Assembly: GCA_964625955.1 (NCBI GenBank)
Contig: CAZVEW010000001.1
Coordinates: 1 to 50,358, forward strand
Length of the DNA: 50,358 nucleotides
Reading direction: 5' to 3'
Source of the DNA: an uncultured Vicingus sp.
Lineage (GTDB): Bacteria; Bacteroidota; Bacteroidia; Flavobacteriales_E; Vicingaceae
The translations under genes and the position numbers were made by a program. Shown piece after piece: positions 17,315 to 27,346 of this stretch. Positions within the stretch are counted from its first letter, which is position 1. Every line of letters begins with the position of its first letter. Below the pieces are notes generated by a model. The model did no database searches. It was given only the letters and a program-made list of their open reading frames with translations, and was not told where the DNA came from.

Positions 17315-19687
17315 TTATCTAATTAAGTTTACTATTCCTGATTCATGAATGGCTTTACCATCTGTAGAAACTCCTTGTATATCATATACATAAGCTCCTT
17401 GTGGTAATTTTTCATGCGTTAGTTGTTGACTTCCATTCCAACCTTTATCCATGCTTTGAGAATAGAAAACTATAGCCCCATCTCTATCAAAAATTCTAAA
17501 TTGGAAATTATTTACGCCTTGACCTCTAACATATAAAATATTATTGTAAATATCGTCTGGTGTAAACGCATTTGGAATCCAAGTGGCAGGAATTAAAACA
17601 TTAACAGTTACTGTATCGTAATTAATACATCCATAAACATCTATTCCTTGTACTGTATAAATTGTTGTCGTATCAGGACTGGCTATTGGGTTATAAATAC
17701 CACTATTATCCAATCCATCAATTGGAGTCCAAGCATATTGTAAGCCGCCTGTTGCTATTAACTGTGTAGAAGCACCAACTGTAATGGTATCATCAACACC
17801 TGCATAAATTAATGGTAATTGATGAACGGTAACCGTTACTTCATCAGAGGCTGTTGGACAATTATACTCATTACTTACTGTAACGGTATAGGTTGTTGAA
17901 CTATCTGGTGAAACCATTGGGTTAGCAGCAATACTTCCTGTTAATCCATTTACTGGAGTCCAAATATAATGTTGGTTTTCTAATGAAGCTGCTCCTAACT
18001 GAATACTGTCGTATCTACATATTTCAACATCAACACCTGCATCGGCAACTATTGGTGTAAGCATGGTTACCGTTGCTGTATCAATACTTACACAGTTGGT
18101 AGTTGTTTCGGTAACAGTAACAACATAATTAGTAATACTCGCAACTGGTGTAGCAATTGGATTAGATATTGCTGAATTACTGATTACTAAAGGGTTTGAA
18201 GGAAACCAAGCATAAGTATAGTTGATGTTATTTGAATCTCCAATTTGCACTGTGGTGTTCGGACAAATAGTTGTATCTACACCAGCATTTGCAATTGGCA
18301 AAGCATAAATATTAAATGTAGCTGTATCCGTATTTGTACAAAATTGGTCGGCAATAGTAAGCGTAACTACCTTGCTTCCTCCTGTCGCGTAAGTAACACC
18401 AACTGGATTTTCTGCATTAGCTGTTGCTGGTGTTGCATCTTGACCTAAACCCCAATTGTAAGACCAATTAAAGCCTGTAGCACCTGTGTTGGTTAAATTA
18501 ACACCAGATTCAGCACATTGAGGGGCTGTGGTGGTAAAACTCACACTTGGTGTTTGATGAATGGTAAGTGTATTACTTACAGAATCTGCACAAGTACCAT
18601 TATTTACCACAAGCTGAACTGTTTTAACGCCTGATGTACTATAAATTACATTAGTTGGATTTTCAGCCGTTGATGTGCCTGGTGTTGAACCAGTATCGAA
18701 ATTCCAAGCGTAAGTCGCTCCTGTTGTTCCTGTATTGGTATAATCTACAGGAAGTCCTGTACATTCTGGTGCAGAGGCTGCAGTGGAAGTAAAAGAGGCA
18801 ACAGGTTTTGCATTTATTGTAATGTTTTGAGTGCCTGTATTAAAACAACCATCTTGATTGGTAACCGTTAAACTAACCGACTTAGTTCCGCTTGTTCCAT
18901 ACATTATACTTACTGGATTTTTAGCAGAGGACATGGTTGGTGTAGCATTTGAACCAAAATCCCAATTAAATTGGTCTATTGCACTGGTTGTTCCTGTATA
19001 AGTAAAATCTACATTAGACCCTTCACAAACAGGAGCTGTAGAAGTAAATGTTACCGTTGGTTTTGGATTAACAACAATAGTTTGAGTTTTTGAATCGGTT
19101 TTTGTTTTACCACAGGAGGGATAATTTACCACCACAGAATGAGTAATGGTTTTGATGCCCGGAGAACTGTAAGTTACCGTTGGTGGATTTACTGCATTTG
19201 AAGTGGATGGTGTTGCTCCTGTCCCAAAATTCCACGTATGAGTTACTGTTGCATTAGGACTTGAACCTAATACTCCTTGATTAATAAAGGAAACTGTATT
19301 GCCTTCACAAGCAATATTTGTAGAGGAACTAAAATCAGCCCTAGCTTTTTCAATATAAACATCCATTAAAATGGTAGAGGAACATCCTAAACCTGAATTT
19401 GTAATGGTTAGGGCAACGGTATAAACTCCTGTTCCGCCAGGAGAATAATCTATATTGGTTGGATTTTGAGCGGTAGAAGTACTAGGATTAGTACCTCCTC
19501 CGTTAGGATAATCAAAATCCCAAAAATAAGTCCAACCTCCACCTGTATTGCCTGATGTATTGGTAAAATCGACTGTCGTATTCTTACAGGCAGGGGCTGT
19601 GGATGTAAAGCTTGCCTGTGAACATTGTGCACTTACTTGAAGCACAACACTAATCCACAATCCTAAAAGTAGAAATTTTTTCTTCAT
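17315..19687 (-). CDS. PKD-repeat cell-surface protein with T9SS type-B C-terminal domain
   Basis: At least five PKD-like repeats (FTSTAP.C....V.FTNTG....W.FG....S...NP..V.Y...G...V.L.V). Three Cys-containing Ig-like repeats follow (ANAG.D..IC...). The C-terminal IPNAFTPDD...FRIFDRDGAIVF...GWNG...GAYVY is the type-B CTD. Confidence 0.85.
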   Translation of the reverse strand: MKKKFLLLGLWISVVLQVSAQCSQASFTSTAPACKNTTVDFTNTSGNTGGGWTYFWDFDYPNGGGTNPSTSTAQNPTNIDYSPGGTGVYTVALTITNSGLGCSSTILMDVYIEKARADFSSSTNIACEGNTVSFINQGVLGSSPNATVTHTWNFGTGATPSTSNAVNPPTVTYSSPGIKTITHSVVVNYPSCGKTKTDSKTQTIVVNPKPTVTFTSTAPVCEGSNVDFTYTGTTSAIDQFNWDFGSNATPTMSSAKNPVSIMYGTSGTKSVSLTVTNQDGCFNTGTQNITINAKPVASFTSTAASAPECTGLPVDYTNTGTTGATYAWNFDTGSTPGTSTAENPTNVIYSTSGVKTVQLVVNNGTCADSVSNTLTIHQTPSVSFTTTAPQCAESGVNLTNTGATGFNWSYNWGLGQDATPATANAENPVGVTYATGGSKVVTLTIADQFCTNTDTATFNIYALPIANAGVDTTICPNTTVQIGDSNNINYTYAWFPSNPLVISNSAISNPIATPVASITNYVVTVTETTTNCVSIDTATVTMLTPIVADAGVDVEICRYDSIQLGAASLENQHYIWTPVNGLTGSIAANPMVSPDSSTTYTVTVSNEYNCPTASDEVTVTVHQLPLIYAGVDDTITVGASTQLIATGGLQYAWTPIDGLDNSGIYNPIASPDTTTIYTVQGIDVYGCINYDTVTVNVLIPATWIPNAFTPDDIYNNILYVRGQGVNNFQFRIFDRDGAIVFYSQSMDKGWNGSQQLTHEKLPQGAYVYDIQGVSTDGKAIHESGIVNLIR

Positions 19688-19778
19688 AATGTAAAGTTTT
19701 AATTAATAATAAGAGTTTGCATACACAACATAAGATGAAACAAAAATCATTTGGTTGGGGAGAGAAATCAAGATTAGC

Positions 19779-22700
19779 TTAAAAAAAAGCTCTTACTTGA
19801 ACACTTCCTGTATGAACTATGGGTGTGCTTTCTGATTTTCTTCCATTATAATTAACACTTAATTGCATATGTTTAGAAATATTTCGTTGAACACCTACTT
19901 CCCAAGTCATGTTAACACCTGTTTGCAGGCCTTCAAGCATTTCATATACTAAAGAAGGGTTATCACTAGCGGTAAATAGATTATTAATGTAATTAAAATT
20001 AATCCTAAAGCTTCCTTTCGAGGCAATATTCATTCTTAATTCTCCACCTACTTTTTGAGTAGTAGACTTTTCTCCTCCAAAAAAAATTTCATTTGTTTTT
20101 TCTTTATAATTAAATAAAATGCTTGCCCTAAATTTAACGTTTGGTTGAACCGTAAATTTCGGTTCAATTTCTTGGGTAAATAAATTATAATTTTTGGTGC
20201 TAAAAAATTCAGAAATATTCTTTTTCACTCCATTAGAAGCTAGCAACTCTAGTGTAAATACTCTTGTTATATTCCATCTCGATTTTAATGCCCTATTTAA
20301 TGTTCTTCTTTGCTCTATCCCATTTGTTAAAAGCGATTTTTCTTTGTTATCTTGAAATGTAAAATTTAGCCCAAACTTTGTACTTGTTCTGTTAAAATAA
20401 ATAGTATTTAAAAGTCCATAATTTAGCGTAACTAAGGCTGTATCATTAATATTTCCAGTAAATGGATTAAAATAATCGGTTTTATCCGAAACCTTTCTAC
20501 TTATCCGATAATTTATTCGGTTAGAAAACCGTGCAATAAGTTTTTTAAACCCTTTTTTATTCCCCCAATTAGTTTCTGGTCTAAAAAATATACCTTGATT
20601 AAATTGATTAGTGTAAGTTCTTATAAAATTATTTGTTGGTGTAAATATTTTAATAAAATTGGCTTGATCTTGAAAAACAGCCACCTCAAATTCATTTAAA
20701 TCTTTAACGCCATTTCCATTCAAATCTCCAATATAAGTATAAGTTCCTTGACTTGGCTGAACCTCAACAAAAGAAAACTCTCTTTTTGTTTCTAATCCAG
20801 AACCAACTTCGTAGTAAGTGTTCGATGTGAAAGTTTTTTTAAAAAACTTGGCAACGTACTCAGCCCTAGCCAAAATATTCTCATCGGGTTTTATTGTCGT
20901 TAATGTTGAAGATAAGATAGCTAATTTTCGATAAGTAATTTTAGTTCTTAATTTATGATTTCTATTTTTTAATAACCCCAATGAAAATTCAACATCTTCT
21001 GCTTTAGTAGTTGCATTAAAATCGTTTAATACAGGAAAATTATCGGCTCGTTGTTTATAGCTTAACATAAACTTATTTGCTGTTGTATCAGCGTTATGAA
21101 TAAAAGCTTTTAAAACAATAAATTCAAAGCTATTAGCTTGGAGGGTGTCAGATTGATTTAAAAAAAATTTATTCTGTTCCATTTCTTCCCCAACACCTAA
21201 CACCAACCATCCAACACCTTTTGTTAAAATTGCTTTATGTTTTAAAAATGCTGTATTATTTAAGCCTTTGGTCGTTAAAAAACTTCCTGTTCCATTAATT
21301 GAAAATCCTTTTAAATTATATAACAGAGATAAAGCGTTATTAATCCCCTCAAATTCACCTAGATTTTGTAAATAACTTACTTTGTATAAAATATTTCCTG
21401 TTATTGGCTTACTAAATCCAACAGCAGCGTTGAATAAATGTTGGTTTGAAGATAATTCTGAATTTTTTATATTCCAATCTCTTTCAAACTCCACTCTTCT
21501 ATACCTTTCTATTGGTGAAAAATTTTGATTAATAAATTCATATCCCAAGTCTAAATTTAATTTCCACGAAGAATCTCCTTTACTTAGGTTTATTTTATTG
21601 AAGGAATTCATTTTTAAAGCATAACCTATATTGTCCCTAGCATCTTTATTAGAAAAAGTATTTAAATCGTGATTAGAAACTGCCCCTTCCCATAAAATCA
21701 TATTATTTTTAGAAAAATTATACTTGCCGCCAAATGTTGCCATTTGTTGAGCCTTTGGTGTAATTAGTAAAATAATGGGTTCATAATCTCCTTGCGGCAC
21801 ACCTCCTACTGGCATTATCCATTGGTAAACTTTACCATTTGCCGAGCTTTTAATTTGTTTATAGTTTCCTTTGTTTATCCCAACAAAAGAGAACCCTAAT
21901 TGATATCTTGCACTATCAGGATTTGTAGAATACACAAAAACAGATTGATAAGTTAGGGTGTCTATTTTTTTATAAAGCACTAAATTTTCAGAGAAATCTA
22001 CATAATTTACATTAGAAATAATGGCATTTTGCAAACTATCTCCAATATTGGTAAGTAAGGTTTTTTGAGCATCACTTAAATCTTGCTGTAAAGGTTGGTT
22101 TTTAGCATCTTGCTCGGAATAAACATTTAATTTTAGTGCTAATTTTTTGCTTTTGTATTCGTTTCCAAAATGAAGTAATGATCTTGCATAATTCTTGTCT
22201 GAATATTGAAATTCTGCAACAATTCTTAAATCTTTGGTTATTAAACGATTAGTTGTAAAAGTTAGTTCTCCTGTATTATAATCAATTGTATAATCAAATT
22301 CATTCCCTCTTTTTAGCAACTTACCATCAATATAAATTTTTTCAGTTCCTGAAAGAATAATAATAAAAGTCTCATTTTCGGCTCCCATTAATCTATAAGG
22401 TCCTTGATTTCCTTCTATACCAGCTATTCTGTTTCTTGCAAACTTACCTTTAGAAACGGCCGCACTTAAGGTAGATGTTATGGTCGTAATCTTATCTTCT
22501 TTGTTAGGGTTTAATTTGATTTCAAAGCTTCCGCCCTGTGCTTTTTTATTAAAATTCATAAAATAACTGTCTGGTCGTTTTAAGTAGAAATCGCCTGCCG
22601 TTAGTTTCCATTGTTTATTAAAAAGTTGAACAAACACTTGGTCAAACTCCTGCAATTGTTGCGTGTTTCCTTCTGCTTGTATTGGAATATTGTTATCTGA

Positions 22701-23237
22701 AATAGAAGCTAAGATGCTAATATTATTACTTATCTTGCCTGATAATTGTAAATCTAAATTGGAATTTACTGATAAATCTTGGTTGTTCCCAAAAGCCACT
22801 CCCCGAGAAATACTTCCACTTTTGTTTAAACCATTTAAATAAAAAACATCATCATTATTAACAGTATATTCATAATTAAAAGGATTTTTAGAAGATTTTA
22901 TTTGCTTTTCAATTGCCGCAATAGATTTATGTTCAAAAGATTTATTAAAAGCCAAAGGAAATATTTTGTAAAAAATAAATATTGTTTTACCCTGTAAATT
23001 TTTGTCATTAATAATAAGTATAGATTTTGAATAGTCTATTTTATAAGCATTACTACTAATTAAACTATTTTCTAAAAATAATTGCTCAGAATTAGGGACT
23101 ACACTGAGTGAATCTAAAAAAATAGTATCTGAAACTAATACAATTTTTTTATGTTTTATGTTTGTAATGTTTTGACCATCAGCAAGTTTAATAAAAACCA
23201 ATAAAACAAAATATATTATGTATTTAAAAAAAGACAA
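19779..23237 (-). CDS. Large outer-membrane protein of unknown function; possible SprA-related beta-barrel
   Basis: Signal peptide, beta-strand-rich sequence, and a terminal ...VQVRAFF (an OM beta-signal-like aromatic end). Eye-level motif similarity to SprA at both ends is described in findings. A TTG start is forced because the next Met is at aa 227. Confidence 0.6.
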   Translation of the reverse strand: MSFFKYIIYFVLLVFIKLADGQNITNIKHKKIVLVSDTIFLDSLSVVPNSEQLFLENSLISSNAYKIDYSKSILIINDKNLQGKTIFIFYKIFPLAFNKSFEHKSIAAIEKQIKSSKNPFNYEYTVNNDDVFYLNGLNKSGSISRGVAFGNNQDLSVNSNLDLQLSGKISNNISILASISDNNIPIQAEGNTQQLQEFDQVFVQLFNKQWKLTAGDFYLKRPDSYFMNFNKKAQGGSFEIKLNPNKEDKITTITSTLSAAVSKGKFARNRIAGIEGNQGPYRLMGAENETFIIILSGTEKIYIDGKLLKRGNEFDYTIDYNTGELTFTTNRLITKDLRIVAEFQYSDKNYARSLLHFGNEYKSKKLALKLNVYSEQDAKNQPLQQDLSDAQKTLLTNIGDSLQNAIISNVNYVDFSENLVLYKKIDTLTYQSVFVYSTNPDSARYQLGFSFVGINKGNYKQIKSSANGKVYQWIMPVGGVPQGDYEPIILLITPKAQQMATFGGKYNFSKNNMILWEGAVSNHDLNTFSNKDARDNIGYALKMNSFNKINLSKGDSSWKLNLDLGYEFINQNFSPIERYRRVEFERDWNIKNSELSSNQHLFNAAVGFSKPITGNILYKVSYLQNLGEFEGINNALSLLYNLKGFSINGTGSFLTTKGLNNTAFLKHKAILTKGVGWLVLGVGEEMEQNKFFLNQSDTLQANSFEFIVLKAFIHNADTTANKFMLSYKQRADNFPVLNDFNATTKAEDVEFSLGLLKNRNHKLRTKITYRKLAILSSTLTTIKPDENILARAEYVAKFFKKTFTSNTYYEVGSGLETKREFSFVEVQPSQGTYTYIGDLNGNGVKDLNEFEVAVFQDQANFIKIFTPTNNFIRTYTNQFNQGIFFRPETNWGNKKGFKKLIARFSNRINYRISRKVSDKTDYFNPFTGNINDTALVTLNYGLLNTIYFNRTSTKFGLNFTFQDNKEKSLLTNGIEQRRTLNRALKSRWNITRVFTLELLASNGVKKNISEFFSTKNYNLFTQEIEPKFTVQPNVKFRASILFNYKEKTNEIFFGGEKSTTQKVGGELRMNIASKGSFRINFNYINNLFTASDNPSLVYEMLEGLQTGVNMTWEVGVQRNISKHMQLSVNYNGRKSESTPIVHTGSVQVRAFF

Positions 23238-23264
23238 ATTAGTTTTTTAGTGTAGCACAATCAA

Positions 23265-23272
23265 CAAAGATA
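23265..23272 (-). promoter_or_regulatory. -7 promoter box TATCTTTG
   Basis: The minus-strand TAnnTTTG match lies 28 nt upstream of the start at 23237. Confidence 0.4.
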
Positions 23273-23446
23273 CAATTTGTGGAAATGCTAACATAATAAC
23301 TCCTAATAACTAATAATATTGACTTATAAACTTCCTTTTATAAGGAATAATAAAATTTTATTTTAATATTTATCTTATTTTTAAGGTTTTTGCAAAAAAT
23401 AAGCTGACTTTCGTAAACTTTAATTAGGAATTTGTTTAGTTATAAT

Positions 23447-23454
23447 TATATTTG
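23447..23454 (+). promoter_or_regulatory. -7 promoter box TATATTTG
   Basis: Exact match 30 nt upstream of the ATG at 23484. It overlaps the GTG of the longer ORF call, which favours the 23484 start. Confidence 0.45.
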
Positions 23455-23483
23455 TGGTTATGATTAAAAAGTTTAAAAGCCAT

Positions 23484-25220
23484 ATGAAAAAAATTATTTA
23501 TTTAATAATTGGAGCAGCCCTAACTCTTTCGAGTTGTGGTGGCGGAGAGAATACTACCAATAAAAATACAAAAATTGCTAAAGGTGAAGTAAAGTATGGT
23601 GGTGTTTTTAAAATGAACGAAACTGCAGATTTTAAAAGTTTATACCCTTTAAATGTCACAATGGCTCTTGAGCACCGAATTGCAAATCAAGTATTTCAAG
23701 GCTTAGTAAAGTTAGATCAAGCAACCTTAAAAGTAATTCCTTCGTTAGCCGAAAAATGGGAGGTAAATGAGGATGCAACTGTTTTTACCTTTCATATTAG
23801 AAAAGGCGTAAAATTTCAAGACAATAATTGTTTTAAAGATGGTAAAGGCAGAGAAGTTACAGCAAAAGATTTTAAATATTGTTTAGATAGAATTTGCGTT
23901 AGCACACCATCTAATCAAATGTTTTGGCTTTTTAAAGATAGGGTAAAAGGAGCTAACGAATATCACCAATCTGTCATCGATAAAAAGCCTTTAAAAGAAG
24001 GTGTTTCAGGTGTTAAGATAATTGATGATTACACCTTACAAATTGAATTAAACTACTCTTTTGCAGGATTCTTAAATATTATTAGCCATAATGCTTGTTG
24101 GGTATATCCAAAAGAAGCTGTAGATACTTATGGCGATGAAATTAGGGTAAACTGTGTTGGAACAGGTCCTTTTAGGATTAAAAAAATTAAAGAATCAGAG
24201 GTTGTAATTCTTGAAAAAAACCCTACTTATTGGGAAAAAGATAAATATGGAAATCAATTACCTTATTTAGATGGCATTAAATTTTCTTTTATCAAAGAAA
24301 AAAAATCAGAGCTTTTAGAATTTAAAAAAGGAAATCTAGATATGGTTTATCGTTTACCTTTAGAAATGATTCAAGATGTTGTTGGAGAATTGGAGGATGC
24401 TAAAAAAGGAGGAAATAAACCTTATATAATGCAAAATGTTGCTGCAATGAGTATTTTTTACCTTGGACTACAACATAAACTACCCCCATTTAATAATGTT
24501 AATGTAAGAAAAGCTTTTAATTATGCTGTGGATAAAGAATCTATTGTTACTTACACCTTACAAGGAGAAGGAAGACCCGGATTACACGGCATTGTCCCCC
24601 CTTTTAAAGGATATGATTTTGAAAATGTAAAAGGCTATGAATATTCTCCAGAAAAAGCAAAAGAATATTTGGAAAAAGCAGGTTTCCCTAACGGAAAAGG
24701 TTTCCCTGAAATTACGCTACAAATTAACCCTGGTGGTGGAGATAGAAATGTTCAAATAGCTGAAGTTGTTCAAAAAATGTTAGAAGAAAACCTTAACATT
24801 AAAATAAAAATTGAACAAATGCAGTTTGCACAACACCTCGAAAACTTAGAAACAGGAAAAGCCTTGTTTTGGAGATCCGCTTGGATTGCTGATTATCCAG
24901 ACCCAGAAAACTTCTTAAACTTGCTTTATGGACATCATGTTCCTACAGATATTAATAGTAAATCGTACATTAACTCTGTTCGATATCAAAGTGCTAAATT
25001 TGATTCTGTATTTAATCTCGCACTTAGAGAAGTAAATGATGCTAAAAGAATGGAGCTGTACAGAGAAGCTGATCAAATCGCTGTTGATGACGCAGCAATA
25101 ATGCCTATTTTTTACGATGAAAATACTAGATTATTACAAGTATATGTGAAAAATTTCCCTTCAAACGCCATGGAATACAGAGATATGACAAGAGTTTATT
25201 TCGATTATGATGATGAATAA
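23484..25220 (+). CDS. ABC-transporter substrate-binding lipoprotein, family 5 (peptide/nickel, OppA/DppA-like)
   Basis: Lipobox LTLSSCGG. Family-5 SBP pattern (GGVFKMNE...SLYPL..., PSLAEKWEV, WRSAWIADYPDPENFL). Confidence 0.85.
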   Translation: MKKIIYLIIGAALTLSSCGGGENTTNKNTKIAKGEVKYGGVFKMNETADFKSLYPLNVTMALEHRIANQVFQGLVKLDQATLKVIPSLAEKWEVNEDATVFTFHIRKGVKFQDNNCFKDGKGREVTAKDFKYCLDRICVSTPSNQMFWLFKDRVKGANEYHQSVIDKKPLKEGVSGVKIIDDYTLQIELNYSFAGFLNIISHNACWVYPKEAVDTYGDEIRVNCVGTGPFRIKKIKESEVVILEKNPTYWEKDKYGNQLPYLDGIKFSFIKEKKSELLEFKKGNLDMVYRLPLEMIQDVVGELEDAKKGGNKPYIMQNVAAMSIFYLGLQHKLPPFNNVNVRKAFNYAVDKESIVTYTLQGEGRPGLHGIVPPFKGYDFENVKGYEYSPEKAKEYLEKAGFPNGKGFPEITLQINPGGGDRNVQIAEVVQKMLEENLNIKIKIEQMQFAQHLENLETGKALFWRSAWIADYPDPENFLNLLYGHHVPTDINSKSYINSVRYQSAKFDSVFNLALREVNDAKRMELYREADQIAVDDAAIMPIFYDENTRLLQVYVKNFPSNAMEYRDMTRVYFDYDDE

Positions 25221-25240
25221 TAAAAAATAACCCCATTAAA

Positions 25241-25272
25241 AACCTTAATAATTAATTATTAGGGTTTTTTTT
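25241..25272 (+). terminator. Rho-independent terminator
   Basis: Stem AACCTTAATAAT / ATTATTAGGGTT (one U-G wobble) followed by T8, 20 nt after the SBP stop. Confidence 0.6.
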
Positions 25273-25332
25273 ATTCCTTTTCTATATTACCTTTTATAGC
25301 ATTAATGCGTATTATTGCATAAAAAACATATA

Positions 25333-26421
25333 ATGAGTAAAGTAGCACTAATTACAGGAATTACAGGTCAAGATGGCGCTTATTTAGCAGAGTTTCTTTT
25401 AAATAAAGGCTATGAAGTTCATGGTATAAAGAGAAGAAGTTCTTTATTTAACACCAATAGAATTGATCATCTTTACACCGATTTACACGAAGAAAACGTT
25501 AAATTTTTTCTTCATTATGGAGACATGACCGATTCTACCAACCTAATAAGAATTGTTCAAGACACCCAGCCTGACGAAATTTACAATTTAGCTGCTCAAT
25601 CTCACGTAAAAGTGTCTTTCGAAACCCCAGAATATACCGCTAATTCAGATTCGTTAGGAACTTTACGTTTGCTAGAAGCCATTAAAATTTTAAAACTAGA
25701 AAAGAAAACCAAATTTTACCAAGCCTCTACTTCCGAACTTTATGGTAAAGTACAAGAAGTACCACAAACCGAAGAAACCCCATTTTACCCAAGAAGCCCT
25801 TACGCAGTTGCAAAATTATATGGTTTTTGGATTACAAAAAATTACCGAGAAGCCTATGATATGTACGCCTGCAACGGTATTTTATTCAACCACGAAAGCC
25901 CACTAAGAGGAGAAACATTTGTAACAAGAAAAATAACAAGAGGCGTTGCCAGAATAAAATTAGGCATGCAAAAAAAGATTTACCTAGGAAATATTGATGC
26001 CAAAAGAGATTGGGGACACGCAAAAGATTACGTTGAAGGAATGTGGTTGATGTTACAACAAGACAAACCAGAAGATTATGTTTTAGCAACAGGCACAACA
26101 ACTGCTGTCCGTGATTTTATTACCATGGCTTTTAAACACGTAAACATTTCCATTAAATGGGAAGGAAAAGGCGTTGACGAAAAAGGAATAGATAAAAAAA
26201 CAGGAAATATATTAGTAGAAATTGACCCAAAATACTTTAGACCAACAGAAGTAGATTTATTAATTGGAGACCCAAGTAAAGCAAAACAAAATTTAGGCTG
26301 GGAACCAAAACACGATTTAAAATCTCTCGTAAAAGATATGGTTGATGCAGATTTACAGTTATTTACAAGAGACAAATATTTATTAGAAGGAGGTCATAAT
26401 ATTTTAAATTACAATGAATAA
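25333..26421 (+). CDS. gmd: GDP-mannose 4,6-dehydratase
   Basis: [34 protein letters not shown], YxxxK (YAVAKLY), [17 protein letters not shown]. Confidence 0.95.
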   Translation: MSKVALITGITGQDGAYLAEFLLNKGYEVHGIKRRSSLFNTNRIDHLYTDLHEENVKFFLHYGDMTDSTNLIRIVQDTQPDEIYNLAAQSHVKVSFETPEYTANSDSLGTLRLLEAIKILKLEKKTKFYQASTSELYGKVQEVPQTEETPFYPRSPYAVAKLYGFWITKNYREAYDMYACNGILFNHESPLRGETFVTRKITRGVARIKLGMQKKIYLGNIDAKRDWGHAKDYVEGMWLMLQQDKPEDYVLATGTTTAVRDFITMAFKHVNISIKWEGKGVDEKGIDKKTGNILVEIDPKYFRPTEVDLLIGDPSKAKQNLGWEPKHDLKSLVKDMVDADLQLFTRDKYLLEGGHNILNYNE

Positions 26422-27346
26422 AGCTGCTAAAATTTATGTTGCCGGCCATAAAGGAATGGTTGGTTCAGCAATTCTTAGAAAATTAAAACAAGAAAGATTT
26501 TCTAATTTAATTTATAAAACTTCTAGCGAATTAGATTTAACCAATCAGGAAGCAGTTAACCAATTTTTTAATACAGAAAAACCTGAATATGTTTTTTTAG
26601 CAGCAGCAAAAGTTGGTGGTATTCAGGCAAATAGCGTTTATAGGGCAGATTTTATTTATAAAAATATTATGATTGAAGCAAATGTTATTCATGCTGCTTA
26701 TATAAATAAAGTGAATAAACTCTTGTTTTTAGGTTCTTCTTGTATTTATCCAAAAATGGCAACTCAACCATTAAAAGAAGAATATTTATTAGCCGGTTAC
26801 TTAGAAAAAACCAACGAACCATACGCCATAGCAAAAATTGCAGGCATTAAAATGTGCGAAGCATATAGAGAGCAATATAATTGCAATTTTATCGCAGCCA
26901 TGCCAACCAACCTTTACGGACCTAACGATAATTACAATTTAAACAATTCGCACGTACTGCCTGCCCTTATCAGAAAATTTCATGAAGCCAAAATAAATAA
27001 TGAACCCACAGTAGAAATTTGGGGGACAGGCACACCGCTTCGAGAATTTTTATATGTTGATGATTTAGCCGAAGCATGCTTGTTTTTGATGAAAAATTAT
27101 AACGAAGAACTTTTTGTTAATGTAGGTTCTGGACAAGATTTAAGCATTAAAAAACTAGCCGAAACAATAAAAAATATTGTAGGTTTTAAAGGAAATTTAA
27201 CCTTTAATACTTCTAAACCAGATGGAACTCCACGAAAATTACTAGATGTATCTAAAATTAACAACCTAGGCTGGAAACATAAAACTAGCATTACCGAAGG
27301 TATTAAAAAAGTATATGAAGAAGTAAAACAAATGCGTTTTAATTGA
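26414..27346 (+). CDS. fcl: GDP-L-fucose synthase
   Basis: [31 protein letters not shown], and an 8-nt overlap with gmd. Confidence 0.92.
   Translation: MNKAAKIYVAGHKGMVGSAILRKLKQERFSNLIYKTSSELDLTNQEAVNQFFNTEKPEYVFLAAAKVGGIQANSVYRADFIYKNIMIEANVIHAAYINKVNKLLFLGSSCIYPKMATQPLKEEYLLAGYLEKTNEPYAIAKIAGIKMCEAYREQYNCNFIAAMPTNLYGPNDNYNLNNSHVLPALIRKFHEAKINNEPTVEIWGTGTPLREFLYVDDLAEACLFLMKNYNEELFVNVGSGQDLSIKKLAETIKNIVGFKGNLTFNTSKPDGTPRKLLDVSKINNLGWKHKTSITEGIKKVYEEVKQMRFN

Noticed and set aside
25333-27346. gmd-fcl as the edge of a capsule or O-antigen biosynthesis locus.
   Set aside because: No glycosyltransferase, Wzx/Wzy or export genes lie on either side. The pair appears to stand alone.
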